64,000 nucleotides of DNA. It comes from Candidatus Zambryskiibacteriota bacterium. Its GTDB lineage: Bacteria > Patescibacteriota > Minisyncoccia > Phycocordibacterales > WO2-35-19. The translations under genes were made by a program, and so were the position numbers. The first letter of the stretch is position 1; every line of letters begins with the position of its first letter. The notes under the pieces were generated by a model that saw only the letters and a program-made list of their open reading frames with translations, did not search any database and was not told the origin of the DNA. Of the stretch, positions 18,533-28,539 are shown piece after piece. The stretch lies in the NCBI GenBank assembly GCA_048499675.1, contig JASNZL010000009.1, forward strand, positions 303-64,302, given 5' to 3'.

Positions 18533-19918
18533 ATGCAAATAAAACTATACAACACCCTAACCAACAAGAAAGAAGAGTTTGAGCCTTTAGATAATAAGGA
18601 GGTCAAAATGTACAACTGTGGACCTACAATGTATGGCAGACAACATATAGGCAATCTTTCTATGTTTGTGTTTACTGACATATTAAGAAAAACTCTAGAA
18701 TATGGTGGTTATAAAGTAAGGCAAGTAATAAACATTACAGACTTTGGTCACCTCTCAGGCGATAATCAAGGTGATGCTGATCACGGAGAAGATCGGATGA
18801 CTATGGGACTCAAAAGAGAAAAGATGGCACTTACAGTACCCAACATGAGAGTCCTTGCTGAGAAATATGCAAAGACTTTTTTTGAGGAAATCAAATTACT
18901 AAGCATTGACTCAAAAAAAATTACTTTTCCTTTTGCATCGGACTATGTCAAAGACCAGATAAAAATGATTGAAAAATTACTCGAAAAAGGTTTTGCTTAT
19001 GAAGGTAAAAACGGTGTATATTTTGACACATCAAAATACCAAAATTACGGCAAATTAGGCAAAATAAACATAAAGGGTTTGAAAGAGGGCGTGAGGGTAA
19101 GTAAAAGCGAAAAGAGAAATCCTACTGATTTTATTTTATGGAAAGGAGATAAAAGTCTGGGTTGGGAGTCACCTTGGGGTTTTGGTTTCCCCGGATGGCA
19201 CATAGAGTGTTCCGCAATGATTATAAAAATTCTAGGTGATCAAATTGATATACACACAGGAGGTATAGAACACATTGGGGTGCACCACAACAACGAAATT
19301 GCTCAGTCAGAATGCGCGACGGGCAAATCCCCTTTTGCAAAATATTGGCTTCATAGAGCACATATAAAAATAGACGATAAGAAAATATCCAAATCAGAAG
19401 GAAATACGCTCTTTTTAGAAGATTTTAAAAAACATTTTATTCACCCAATTTCTTTTAGATTTTGGCTTCTCTACTCTCATTATCGCAAACCATCCAACTT
19501 TACTTGGCAAAGTGTTTCGGGTGCTCAAAATACCTTAGAGAAGATTATATATTCATATAATGATTTCCCCACAAAAGACGAAACCGATAACGGAGTATTA
19601 AAAAATTTTGAAGATGCCATTTCTGATGATTTAAATACCCCTATCGCAATCTCCATACTTCAGGAAGCCAAATCAAAAAATGTAATAGAAAAGATGGATA
19701 AAATTTTTGGTTTAGGAATCAAAGATTTATCAAAACAAATACATAGTGATTTTCCGGAAGATATTTCTGATATGAAATCAGAAAGAGACTTGGCAAGAGA
19801 GAAAAAAGACTGGCAAAAAAGTGATGAATTAAGGAAAGAAATAGAAAAAGCTGGATTTGTTTTGGAAGATAGAGAAAAAAAGACAATTCTTAGAAAAACT
19901 CTTTCTTCGCTTGTTTAG
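18533..19918 (+). CDS. cysS: cysteine--tRNA ligase
   Basis: [16 protein letters not shown] (HIGH region). KISKSEGN (KMSKS). Zn-binding residues for a class I aaRS. Confidence 0.9.
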   Translation: MQIKLYNTLTNKKEEFEPLDNKEVKMYNCGPTMYGRQHIGNLSMFVFTDILRKTLEYGGYKVRQVINITDFGHLSGDNQGDADHGEDRMTMGLKREKMALTVPNMRVLAEKYAKTFFEEIKLLSIDSKKITFPFASDYVKDQIKMIEKLLEKGFAYEGKNGVYFDTSKYQNYGKLGKINIKGLKEGVRVSKSEKRNPTDFILWKGDKSLGWESPWGFGFPGWHIECSAMIIKILGDQIDIHTGGIEHIGVHHNNEIAQSECATGKSPFAKYWLHRAHIKIDDKKISKSEGNTLFLEDFKKHFIHPISFRFWLLYSHYRKPSNFTWQSVSGAQNTLEKIIYSYNDFPTKDETDNGVLKNFEDAISDDLNTPIAISILQEAKSKNVIEKMDKIFGLGIKDLSKQIHSDFPEDISDMKSERDLAREKKDWQKSDELRKEIEKAGFVLEDREKKTILRKTLSSLV

Positions 19919-20134
19919 CTAATAAATACAACATAGTCACCTCTTTCTTTGTTGTGCGGGTAGGGGTAATCGAACCTTCAACTTTTTGTTCGTCGTCACT
20001 CACAAAAGTTTAGGCACCAACTCGCCTGTTTTTGTTGGTACAAAAACATGGCTCCGTTGGTTTCGATCACCCCGCAAAGCAGAGCAGTCTGCTTTGCTCT
20101 ACCACGCACAACATAGTCACTTCGTTCCTTGATG

Positions 20135-20205
20135 TGCGGGTAGGGGTAATCGAAACCCCGTCTCAACCTTGGGAAGGTCGCATTCTACCACTAAACTATA
20201 CCCGC
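20135..20205 (-). tRNA. tRNA-Gly (anticodon CCC), no encoded CCA
   Basis: Hand-folded cloverleaf. Acceptor stem GCGGGTA/TACCCGC. Anticodon stem CGACC/GGTTG with loop TTCCCAA. T-arm GGGGT-TTCGATT-ACCCC. Discriminator A. Confidence 0.7.
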
Positions 20206-20472
20206 ATTGTTTTTTAAATATTTTTGAATTCTTTTCTTTACATAACCTCTACCAAAACCTGTTTTTAGTTGAAGTTCTCTTTTCCTGGAATCTGTCTTAT
20301 CTAGGCATGCCTCATAGTAAACCAGTGTAATTTTATCAAACTTTTTTGTTGTTTGAACTTCCCCTAGTTTATGCTCTCTTAATCTATTAGGTAAATCACT
20401 TGTTGAGCCGATATAAAAATTGCTTTCTTTTGTTCTCAAATTTTTACAATGTAGTACGTAAGTATAAAACAT
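20194..20472 (-). CDS. small GIY-YIG (URI-domain, YhbQ/COG2827-like) nuclease. The probable start is MFYTYV, and the 3' end overlaps the first ~12 nt of tRNA-Gly.
   Basis: FYTYVLHCKN...FYIGSTSDLPNRLREH is a GIY-YIG motif. ~92 aa. The stop TAG lies inside the tRNA D-arm. Confidence 0.6.
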
Positions 20473-20618
20473 ATTATTTCTTGCCCGCCAAAAGGTTTGC
20501 AAAACCATTTTGGCGGGTCCGCCACAATGTCCGCTTTGCGGACTTTGGGCGGAGGAAGGTCGCATTCTACCACTAAACTATACCCGCAATATTATATTTT
20601 ATATAATAAAAACCTTTA

Positions 20619-21833
20619 TTATTCCATATCCAAATAAGAATTTATGTAATGTATCGCAATACCTCCATAATTCCTATTCTTCGCAAACTCTGCTTCTATT
20701 TTTTCTATCTCTGTGTACAAATGACTTCTGCTCTTGCTATGAAAAGTTATATAAGGCGGTGGAAAGTCCCCCGTCTCTTGAGCAATGATTAATTTTGTAT
20801 TTTTTGCCTTCCTCTTGAAAGTCTTCATCTCATTTTTTGAGACTTCAATTGAACCATCTTCCCCATCTGCAAAATTCCTATAGGACATCACAATTACAGA
20901 ATTACCTTTTCTCTCATCTAGAATATTTATCAAATGAGGGATTACGTATTCGGACAAACCATTATAATAAAATTTTTCAGTCACCTCATCTTTTTTATCA
21001 TAAAAATCTGGAATAACTACCGAAAATCTAATATCTGTATCCTTAAAAAAGTTTTCTGTTTTGTGTATTAATTCCGTAAAATTACGGAGCACATCCGATT
21101 GTTCTGTTTGAAATCTTTCCAAAAGGTAAGGTTCTACATCATACTGAAAACCTCTAAACTTATAACTACTTTCTTCATTAAAATCTTTAACAAAATTCAC
21201 AACCGCATAAGGTTTATACAAATTCCCCTCCTCTGCCCAATTTTTCCATCCCGCAAGGGCATCTACCTCTATATCATTTTCATTAGCAATTTTTATAAAA
21301 TTCTCTATTTTATTTTTAAAATCTAGTTCTCTATTTATTTTGGTCTGAGATTCTTCCATAACAAATATATCCAAATAAGAATCAATTGAGAGGTATATCG
21401 TATTTATTCCCTTTTCTTTTGCACCTAATACAATTTCTGAAACATAATCATTCGTAAGATACATAGTTGGGGTCCAGAGCCAACTGCCTTTTTCTTTTGG
21501 TTCTAAATCGGAATTTTTTATCAAACTCAAAAGGTAGTCAAATATCGTGATATTTTTTATTGAATGAAAAACCGAGGCCACTTGATAAGCAAAAGGGTTT
21601 ATATCTTTTTGTTCTAATTCCTCAAAAGCTAAATGACTGTATTCTTGATTTGTTTCAGTAATGCTCAAACTTCTTGTTTGTTCCCTATTTAATGACAAAC
21701 TCAAATCAATATTGTTTTTGTGTGGTACCGACTCTATACCATTAACAACACTAAACACAAACAAAAAAATCAAAAATACAACTGGCACAAAGACAAGGTG
21801 CTTGGTATTTAATTTTTTGGTTTTCTTTCGCAT
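20619..21833 (-). CDS. secreted hypothetical protein, possibly TIM-barrel glycoside-hydrolase-like
   Basis: Signal/TM N-terminus. 404 aa. Weak resemblance to GH-like families (GINTIYLSID, GGIAIHY). Confidence 0.3.
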   Translation of the reverse strand: MRKKTKKLNTKHLVFVPVVFLIFLFVFSVVNGIESVPHKNNIDLSLSLNREQTRSLSITETNQEYSHLAFEELEQKDINPFAYQVASVFHSIKNITIFDYLLSLIKNSDLEPKEKGSWLWTPTMYLTNDYVSEIVLGAKEKGINTIYLSIDSYLDIFVMEESQTKINRELDFKNKIENFIKIANENDIEVDALAGWKNWAEEGNLYKPYAVVNFVKDFNEESSYKFRGFQYDVEPYLLERFQTEQSDVLRNFTELIHKTENFFKDTDIRFSVVIPDFYDKKDEVTEKFYYNGLSEYVIPHLINILDERKGNSVIVMSYRNFADGEDGSIEVSKNEMKTFKRKAKNTKLIIAQETGDFPPPYITFHSKSRSHLYTEIEKIEAEFAKNRNYGGIAIHYINSYLDME

Positions 21834-22220
21834 CTAATTATTACCATTAAAGAATTTTTTAAAGTTCTCTTTTATTTTTTGGAAATAGGTTTTTTCTGGA
21901 ACAACATCTTTATTCTCTTCTTCTTCGGTTACAATAATCGCCACACTCTCACCCTCTGAAGCAACGTTGAGTTTTTTTCTAAGCTCAAATTCCAAACCTT
22001 CGTTTGTTTCTAGCCTAGCAAGTGAGGCCTCCAAATTTTTTCCCCTTTGCTCCAAAAGCATCATCTCTTCCTGCATTTTTGCCAAAACCTCTTCTGCTCC
22101 TCTTTTCTTTTTGTAAACTCGAAAAACAGAATTTACTAGAACAAGAAAAATAATCAACAATATAAAAAATATCGTAATTCTTCTAAACTTAGAGCCGTCT
22201 CTACTTTTTACCCCTCTCAT
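21834..22220 (-). CDS. FtsB/DivIC-like septum formation initiator (TM plus coiled coil)
   Basis: TM helix. Coiled coil LAKMQEEMMLLEQRGKNLEASLARLE. C-terminal EFELRKKLNVASEGE motif. Confidence 0.45.
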   Translation of the reverse strand: MRGVKSRDGSKFRRITIFFILLIIFLVLVNSVFRVYKKKRGAEEVLAKMQEEMMLLEQRGKNLEASLARLETNEGLEFELRKKLNVASEGESVAIIVTEEEENKDVVPEKTYFQKIKENFKKFFNGNN

Positions 22221-22460
22221 GCTAATATATTACTATAAATATATTAAACATTATAATCAAAAATTATGCTTTGGGACCCAAGAGTTAGAAAAGTTACAAA
22301 AATCACCTCTATTGTTATATCTATTTTGGTTATTTTGGCTATGGTATTGGCTTACCTACCATTTTACTAATAACCAAGTAACAGAAGAAACCCCTACTCT
22401 TTTTTGTTTCCTTAATTCATTAAAACACTAGAGCCTTTCCTAAAAACTTTATATTTAAAA

Positions 22461-22988
22461 TCATCTTTCAAATGAACCTGTTACCCACGCAAATTCATTT
22501 TGCCAATTTCTAGAAGGGCAACTCCACCCGGGACTTGTAGGCCACGTCCCACTTTTTGACTCCATCCGACCTATTCCCAATACATAAAAAGCACCTTTTG
22601 AAGAGTCACACCCCGCAGTCCCCGCTCCATATTTATAGTAGTAATAAGCACCACTTGTACACCCCGTAACACTTGCTGGGTCACCAGGTGTATCTATAAA
22701 CCCTTGAGTCTTAAGTGGTTGTATAAAAGTATCAGTAGAAGCGCTCCCATTAAAACCTATATCCCAACCACTGCAATCATTGTCTGTATTGTTTGGATAA
22801 GTATTGTTGTTTGCATAATAATAAAGTTCTAGAGCATTTCTTATCTGTCTAACATCAGAAAGTCTTTTTGTATCTCTTGCTTTCGCTCTTGAGTTATTAA
22901 TCGCTACCAAAACAATGGAAGAAAGCACACCGATTATAGCTATAACCACTAGAAGCTCAATTAAAGTAAATCCTTTTGAATTTTTCAT
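22461..22988 (-). CDS. type IV pilin / pseudopilin-like protein, paralog of 15220..15768
   Basis: KGFTLIELLVVIAIIGVLSSIV prepilin N-terminus. Confidence 0.7.
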   Translation of the reverse strand: MKNSKGFTLIELLVVIAIIGVLSSIVLVAINNSRAKARDTKRLSDVRQIRNALELYYYANNNTYPNNTDNDCSGWDIGFNGSASTDTFIQPLKTQGFIDTPGDPASVTGCTSGAYYYYKYGAGTAGCDSSKGAFYVLGIGRMESKSGTWPTSPGWSCPSRNWQNEFAWVTGSFER

Positions 22989-23040
22989 CTTTTTAGATTC
23001 TAAACGTTAAATTTATTATATTACAAAAAACACCACTAAC

Positions 23041-23455
23041 CAATAAATTTTGTCGTATTAGTTTTATTGGTTGTATTAGTTTTATTGGTCGTATTAGTTT
23101 TATTGATCGTATTAGTCCTATTGGTCGCATCCTTCTTATCCTTCTTATCCGTCCCTAGTCCCATTCGTCCAATTTTCCCTCCCCGCCCCATTCGACCTAT
23201 TCGTCCTATCTGTCTTAATTGGTCCTATCAGTCCCGTCTCCTCTTTTCTCCACTTTTTTCTTTCCTTTTTCGATTCGTCCTATCTGTCCTATTCGTCCTA
23301 TCTGTCTTATTGGTCCTATTTTCCTCCCCACCCCATTCGTCCTATCTGTCCAATTTTCCCTCCCCGCCCCATTCGACCTATTCGACCTATTCGTCCTATC
23401 TGTCTTATTAGTCCTATTTACTTTTTAAAAACCTGCTCCACCCATTACTTCGTAT
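23041..23455. repeat. degenerate 9-bp tandem repeat array 1 (YNGTCCTAT on the + strand). It begins with 4x an 18-bp unit (cgtattagttttattggt) and contains conserved internal blocks.
   Basis: Directly visible periodicity. Fills the whole intergenic gap upstream of lepA. Confidence 0.8.
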
Positions 23456-23490
23456 CCAATTTTTATGCTATATTAGCTCTAAACTCCATT

Positions 23491-25332
23491 ATGAAAAATA
23501 TCAGAAACTTTTCAATTATTGCCCACATAGACCATGGTAAGAGCACCTTGGCTGATAGAATGTTAGAAATTACAGGCACAATAGAAAAACGTAAAATGCA
23601 CGACCAAGTGCTAGACTCTATGGATTTGGAAAGAGAACGTGGTATCACCATAAAAATGCAACCTGTCCGAATGATTTACAAACCCCAAACCCAAGTTTCA
23701 GAAATTTTAAATTTTGACTTTTACATTTTAAACTTAATAGATACCCCTGGCCACATCGACTTCTCTTACGAAGTTTCAAGGGCCCTAAAAGCCGTTGAAG
23801 GTTCTATCCTTCTTGTTGACGCAACTCAAGGTGTCCAAGCCCAAACTCTCACCACACTTAATATGGCTCGGGAAGCAGGCCTCGTCATTATCCCCGTCCT
23901 TACAAAAATAGACTCCCCTCTTGCCAGAGTAGAAGAAGTCAAAGAAGAAGTTGTAAAACTTTTATCATGCGATAAAGAAGATATTCTTTTGGTATCGGGC
24001 AAAACCGGCGAAGGTGTAAAAGATTTACTCCACGAAATTGTTGAAAAAATTCCACCACCAAACAAAGAAGAAAGTTTGGAAAACAAAGAAAGTGATTTTA
24101 GCTCCTTGGTTTTTGATTTTCAATATTCTACTCATAGAGGTGTAATTGTTTTTGTTCGAGTAATGGAAGGTAAGATTAGCAAAAACTCACCACTCATTTT
24201 TAAAGTTGCCAACGAAAAATTCAACGCTATTGAAGTTGGAATATTTGCACCCGACGAAAAACCTGTAGAAAGTTTGAGTGCTGGTGAAATCGGCTACATC
24301 GTAACCGGCATAAAAGAACCGGGTATTGCATCAGTTGGAGATACTGTCAGCCACTTAAATAATACAAAAGGTCCTTTAGCTGGATATTTTTCTCCCAAAC
24401 CAGTCGTCTGGGCATCAATTTATCCAGAAAGCCAAGACGACTTCGTACCCCTCAAACAAGCGCTCGGCAAACTTAAACTTTCTGATTCTTCATATACCTA
24501 CGAAGAAGAATCTTCAGGTGCTTTGGGGCGTGGTTTTAGATGTGGTTTCTTGGGAATGCTCCACCTAGAAATTATTACCGAGAGACTCAGACGAGAATTC
24601 GATTTAGAGCTTGTAGTCACAATGCCTACAATCACATACGAAGTCACTTACAAAAATCCAAATGGTTCAAAAGGAGAAGGTAAAAAAGAAATAATTTATT
24701 CTCCCGCAAACTTTCCTGACGATGGAATAGTTGAGTGTGTTTTTGAGCCATGGGTTTCTGTTTTCATTATTACCCCCATTACTTATGTCGGTTCTCTTAT
24801 GCAACTTCTCTATGAACACGAAGCGATACTAATTGATACAACAAACTTTGGTGATGACAAATCTGAGTTAAAAATAGAAATGCCTCTCCGTGAACTAATG
24901 CGAAACTTTTTTGACAAACTAAAAAGTTTGACTTCCGGATACGCCTCTATTTCTTACGAAATACAAGGTATGCGCGAGGCAAACGTAACAAGGCTTGATA
25001 TTTTGGTTGCAGACGAAGTCCTACCTGCTTTCTCAAGAGTTGTATCAAAAAGAATAGTAGCTGAGGAAGCCGAAAATGCTGTAGAAAAACTTGCAGAGAT
25101 AATACCTAGACAAATGTTTGCAATGAAAATACAAGGCAAAGCACTTGGTAGAATTATTTCTTCAAAAGCTATTAGCGCATTTAGAAAAGATGTCACCCAA
25201 CATATGTATGGGGGCGACATTACCAGAAAAATGAAGCTTAGAGAAAAACAAAAGAAAGGCAAGAAAAAAATGCAGGCCCGAGGAAAAGTTAATATTCCTC
25301 ACGAAGTATTCCTAAAGATGATGAAAAACTAA
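23491..25332 (+). CDS. lepA: elongation factor 4 (LepA)
   Basis: NIRNFSIIAHIDHGKSTLADR G-domain. LepA-specific C-terminal domain. Confidence 0.9.
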   Translation: MKNIRNFSIIAHIDHGKSTLADRMLEITGTIEKRKMHDQVLDSMDLERERGITIKMQPVRMIYKPQTQVSEILNFDFYILNLIDTPGHIDFSYEVSRALKAVEGSILLVDATQGVQAQTLTTLNMAREAGLVIIPVLTKIDSPLARVEEVKEEVVKLLSCDKEDILLVSGKTGEGVKDLLHEIVEKIPPPNKEESLENKESDFSSLVFDFQYSTHRGVIVFVRVMEGKISKNSPLIFKVANEKFNAIEVGIFAPDEKPVESLSAGEIGYIVTGIKEPGIASVGDTVSHLNNTKGPLAGYFSPKPVVWASIYPESQDDFVPLKQALGKLKLSDSSYTYEEESSGALGRGFRCGFLGMLHLEIITERLRREFDLELVVTMPTITYEVTYKNPNGSKGEGKKEIIYSPANFPDDGIVECVFEPWVSVFIITPITYVGSLMQLLYEHEAILIDTTNFGDDKSELKIEMPLRELMRNFFDKLKSLTSGYASISYEIQGMREANVTRLDILVADEVLPAFSRVVSKRIVAEEAENAVEKLAEIIPRQMFAMKIQGKALGRIISSKAISAFRKDVTQHMYGGDITRKMKLREKQKKGKKKMQARGKVNIPHEVFLKMMKN

Positions 25333-25334
25333 AA

Positions 25335-25690
25335 CTTTTCTATCTATCCTACTTCTTCTGTCTCATCCCCCTTTTCTTAATTCGTCGCATCCATCTTATT
25401 TTCCTTCCCCTTCCGTCAAATTCGACTTATCCGTCCTATTTGTCCCATTAGCCCTATGCGTCCAATTCTTTTTTTATTCGTCCCATTAGTCCCATCCGTC
25501 CTATTTGTCCTATTAGTCCTATTTCCCTCCCCGCCCTATCAGTCCTATTCGACTTATCCGTCCGATTCCCTCTCTCTTTTTCTTTCCTTTTTCGATTCGT
25601 CCCATCCGTCCCCTATCCGTCCCACTAGTCTTATTAGTCCTATTCGACTTATTTGTCCTATTTCCCCACCATCTCCCTGCTCTCCAAAAT
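25335..25690. repeat. 9-bp tandem repeat array 2 (same family and orientation)
   Basis: ccgtcctat/tagtcctat units plus conserved blocks tatttccctccccgccc and ctctctttttctttcctttttcgattcgtcc. Confidence 0.8.
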
Positions 25691-27292
25691 TTTAAAAACA
25701 AAAGCGGTCGCTAAAATCCCTATCGTTCCAGCAATAAACCCGTGTCCCAATACACCCCAAAAAGTCTCAAGTGTAAAATAGTCAGAAAATACCAAAAGAC
25801 CCAAATAAACTCCAACCCCACAACCCAAAGCTCCAACCAAACTTTCAACAATAGTTCGCCTTATAGAAATCCAAATATCAAATACTAGTTCTCTACCAAG
25901 ACCAAAGAAAAGCAAAAGGGCGCTAAAAATACTCCCCAAAGAAAAAGCAAAAGGCAAAGATAGAATTTTTAAAGACAAATCAGGCACTTTTAAAATATCA
26001 GCAACTAAAGCAAAAAAGACTCTAAAATCCTCAAAATATTTATAAAACAAAACTGCAAACAAAACCGATACTACACCACCTAAAATGTTTCCGTAAAATG
26101 GCCATTTAGTTCTGCCAAGTGCATAGTGCGAACGAGACAAAAACAAAACTATACTTTGAAAAACGATTGAAAGAGCAAAAATAGCAAGCGACGCAGAGAC
26201 AAGCCTAGTAGAAAGCCAATCAAAAGACCCAGAACCCAAAACAACTCTGGTAATGTGAGCTCGCAAAAGTATTATAAAAACTGTAAAAGGGAGGGACCAA
26301 AAAATGATTTGCCTTAATCCGTGAGAAATCTTTTCTATTACACCAACCATATCTTTTTTTGCATAAGATAGTGCAAGAGCCGGAAAAGCCGCCAAAGAAA
26401 AACTAACACCAATAAGAGAAATTGGAGCCGATTGCAAATTCCAAGACAGATTAAATATCGCAATAGAACCAGTTTCCATTCTAGAAGCAAGAACAGCAAA
26501 GAAAAAACCAACAAAACTTGTAATAGAAAGGGCAAGTGTTCGTGGAACCGACAATTTTCCTACTTCTAACACATCTTCCCATTTAATTCTTTTAATAAAT
26601 CTCGGCCTGAGTTTTGACCGCATTACAAAAATTGCCTGAAGCAAGAGATGCATAAAAGCTCCGAGTATCACTCCAAAAACCGCTGAGGAAATACCTATTT
26701 TTTCGCTCAAAGCAAAAATTCCAATGATAATACCAAGGTTATAAAGTATCGGACTTATTGAATACAAAATAAATCTTTTTTCATACTGGACTATACTGCC
26801 AAAAAAATTAGAAAAACCTAAAAGAAGCGGCGATAAAAGTAAAACTCTTGATAAGAGAATTATTTCATTAATCGTATTTAGAGAAAGGGTAGAATAAAAA
26901 AAGTTAACTATAATCGGCATCAAAAAATATGCGAGTCCACAAAACAAAACAATAAGAACCGAAAAGATACTAAACACCGAATCGGTTGCATCCTTCAAAT
27001 GTTTTTCACCTTCCGTTTCTTTTTTTGCAAACAAGGGCACCAAGGCAGAGATAGAAACCAAAGAAGCAACAGTCACAAAAATCAAATCCGGTACTTTAAA
27101 AGAGGCATAATATATATCAAGCTCAAGTCCTGCACCAAAATTATGAGCGAGCATCCTATCGCGAAGGAGTGCCAAAATAAGTGAAAAGAAAGAAAAAAGA
27201 GCTAGCCAAAATGCCGCCTCTCCTACTCCGTTAATTTTTAGCGCTATAGAGTTTACTATCCTCTTTACCATTATTAATAAAAAATAGCACAA
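25658..27292 (-). CDS. murJ: lipid II flippase MurJ (MviN). The true start is possibly the internal MVKRIV.
   Basis: About 14 TM helices. N-terminal motif RDRMLAHNFGAGLELDIYYASFKVPDLIF matches the MurJ family. Confidence 0.65.
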   Translation of the reverse strand: MCYFLLIMVKRIVNSIALKINGVGEAAFWLALFSFFSLILALLRDRMLAHNFGAGLELDIYYASFKVPDLIFVTVASLVSISALVPLFAKKETEGEKHLKDATDSVFSIFSVLIVLFCGLAYFLMPIIVNFFYSTLSLNTINEIILLSRVLLLSPLLLGFSNFFGSIVQYEKRFILYSISPILYNLGIIIGIFALSEKIGISSAVFGVILGAFMHLLLQAIFVMRSKLRPRFIKRIKWEDVLEVGKLSVPRTLALSITSFVGFFFAVLASRMETGSIAIFNLSWNLQSAPISLIGVSFSLAAFPALALSYAKKDMVGVIEKISHGLRQIIFWSLPFTVFIILLRAHITRVVLGSGSFDWLSTRLVSASLAIFALSIVFQSIVLFLSRSHYALGRTKWPFYGNILGGVVSVLFAVLFYKYFEDFRVFFALVADILKVPDLSLKILSLPFAFSLGSIFSALLLFFGLGRELVFDIWISIRRTIVESLVGALGCGVGVYLGLLVFSDYFTLETFWGVLGHGFIAGTIGILATAFVFKILESREMVGK

Positions 27293-27299
27293 AAAACCT

Positions 27300-27850
27300 T
27301 TTTTTAAAACGCAAAACTCACTTCCCTAGTTCCATTATCCAATCTTCCTTCTACTTTTTTCTTCTTTTTTCCCTATCCAACTTATTTTCCTTCCCCTTCC
27401 GTCAAATTCGACCTGTCTTATTTCCCTCCTCCGCCTTATTCGTCCTATTAGTCCTATCCGTCCTATTAGTCCCATCCGTCCGATTCCCTCTCTCTTTTTC
27501 TTTCCTTTTTCGATTCGTCCCATCCGTCCCATCCGTCCTATCTGTCTTATTTCCCTCCTCTGCCTTATTTGTCCTATCCGTCCTATTCGACCTATAAGTC
27601 CTATTTGTCCTATTAGTCCTATTTCCCTCCCCGCCCTATCAGTCCTATTCGACTTATCCGTCCGATTCCCTCTCTCTTTTTCTTTCCCTTTTTAATTTGT
27701 CCCACCGTCCTATTAGTCCTATCCGTCCTATCCGTCCTATCTGTCTTTTTTGTCCTATTTCCCTCCTCTGCCTTATTTGTCCTATCCGTCCTATTCGTCC
27801 TATCCGTCCTATCCGACCTATTGGTCCTATTTCCCTCCGCTTTCTTCGTC
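27300..27850. repeat. 9-bp tandem repeat array 3
   Basis: Longest array. Several copies of the conserved blocks. Its 3' part overlaps the acidic C-terminus of the 27827..28489 gene. Confidence 0.8.
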
Positions 27851-28489
27851 CCCTTTTCCTTCTTCGTCATCTTCAATTGGAACCACCCTACCGTCTATCA
27901 ACCTCTTACGACCGTTCTCTTTTAAAATCCTAGCGTACACCTCATCATCATTCCCAAAAATCTGCTCCTTTTTCACCTCCCTCTTCCTATCATTAAAATC
28001 CCCATTCACCTTAAACTCTTCCTCCAAAACTTTTATCTGATTATCAAGCAAATAATTGGTTTGATTAATAAGACAAAGCAAACAATTCCCAGCAATTTCT
28101 GGATGCTTCATATAAGCCGAGTATGTTTTACTCGTCTTTTCGGGCAATCTCGCAATCTCCCTAATCTCAATCGTTCGAGGATCGTCCTTCTTCCAAATTG
28201 AGAGGTTGTTTACTCTCAAATAATCCAAAATGTCGTTTTTTAATTCCTCCTGACTACCTCTGGCAACATTCAAAAGCCTAATCTCGGTTTGTTTTGAGGT
28301 AGCCGAATTTAAACTACCTTCGCTTATGTTTTGTTTGCCCGCTCTCGCCGCCCCCTCCATCTGTTCTTTCATTTTAAACGATTTGACGTAAAGTTTGCAA
28401 AATTCAAAAGTTAAATCAAAAACTATTTCGGCGCTCTGAAAAGATTTGAGTTTGTTGTAGCCACCATGTTTTGCAATTAAATCAGTCAT
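27827..28489 (-). CDS. four-helix-bundle protein (23S rRNA IVS protein / Avd-like family) with ~90-aa acidic C-terminal extension
   Basis: KSFQSAEIVFDLTFEFCKLYV...NISEGSLNSATSKQTEIRLLNVARGSQEELKNDI matches the TIGR02436/PF05635 pattern. Confidence 0.5.
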   Translation of the reverse strand: MTDLIAKHGGYNKLKSFQSAEIVFDLTFEFCKLYVKSFKMKEQMEGAARAGKQNISEGSLNSATSKQTEIRLLNVARGSQEELKNDILDYLRVNNLSIWKKDDPRTIEIREIARLPEKTSKTYSAYMKHPEIAGNCLLCLINQTNYLLDNQIKVLEEEFKVNGDFNDRKREVKKEQIFGNDDEVYARILKENGRKRLIDGRVVPIEDDEEGKGDEESGGK

Positions 28490-28539
28490 TTTTTTAATTT
28501 AATTTTTAATTTTAATTCTAATTTTATTCTAATTCAAAT

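Noticed and set aside
20507-20587. Second tRNA-like sequence upstream of the GIY-YIG gene as a complete 76-nt tRNA
   Set aside because: Only the first 34 nt match a tRNA. The 3' part lacks a T-arm (no GTTCRA loop) and the acceptor 3' strand does not pair properly. It is interpreted as a 5'-half copy plus a hairpin.
23041-23455. 9-mers as DnaA boxes marking oriC
   Set aside because: The consensus ATAGGACGR/YCGTCCTAT does not match TTATNCACA, and the arrays occur at seven loci rather than at one origin.
27827-28489. Complete diversity-generating retroelement around the Avd-like gene
   Set aside because: No reverse-transcriptase ORF and no TR/VR repeat pair are visible in the window.
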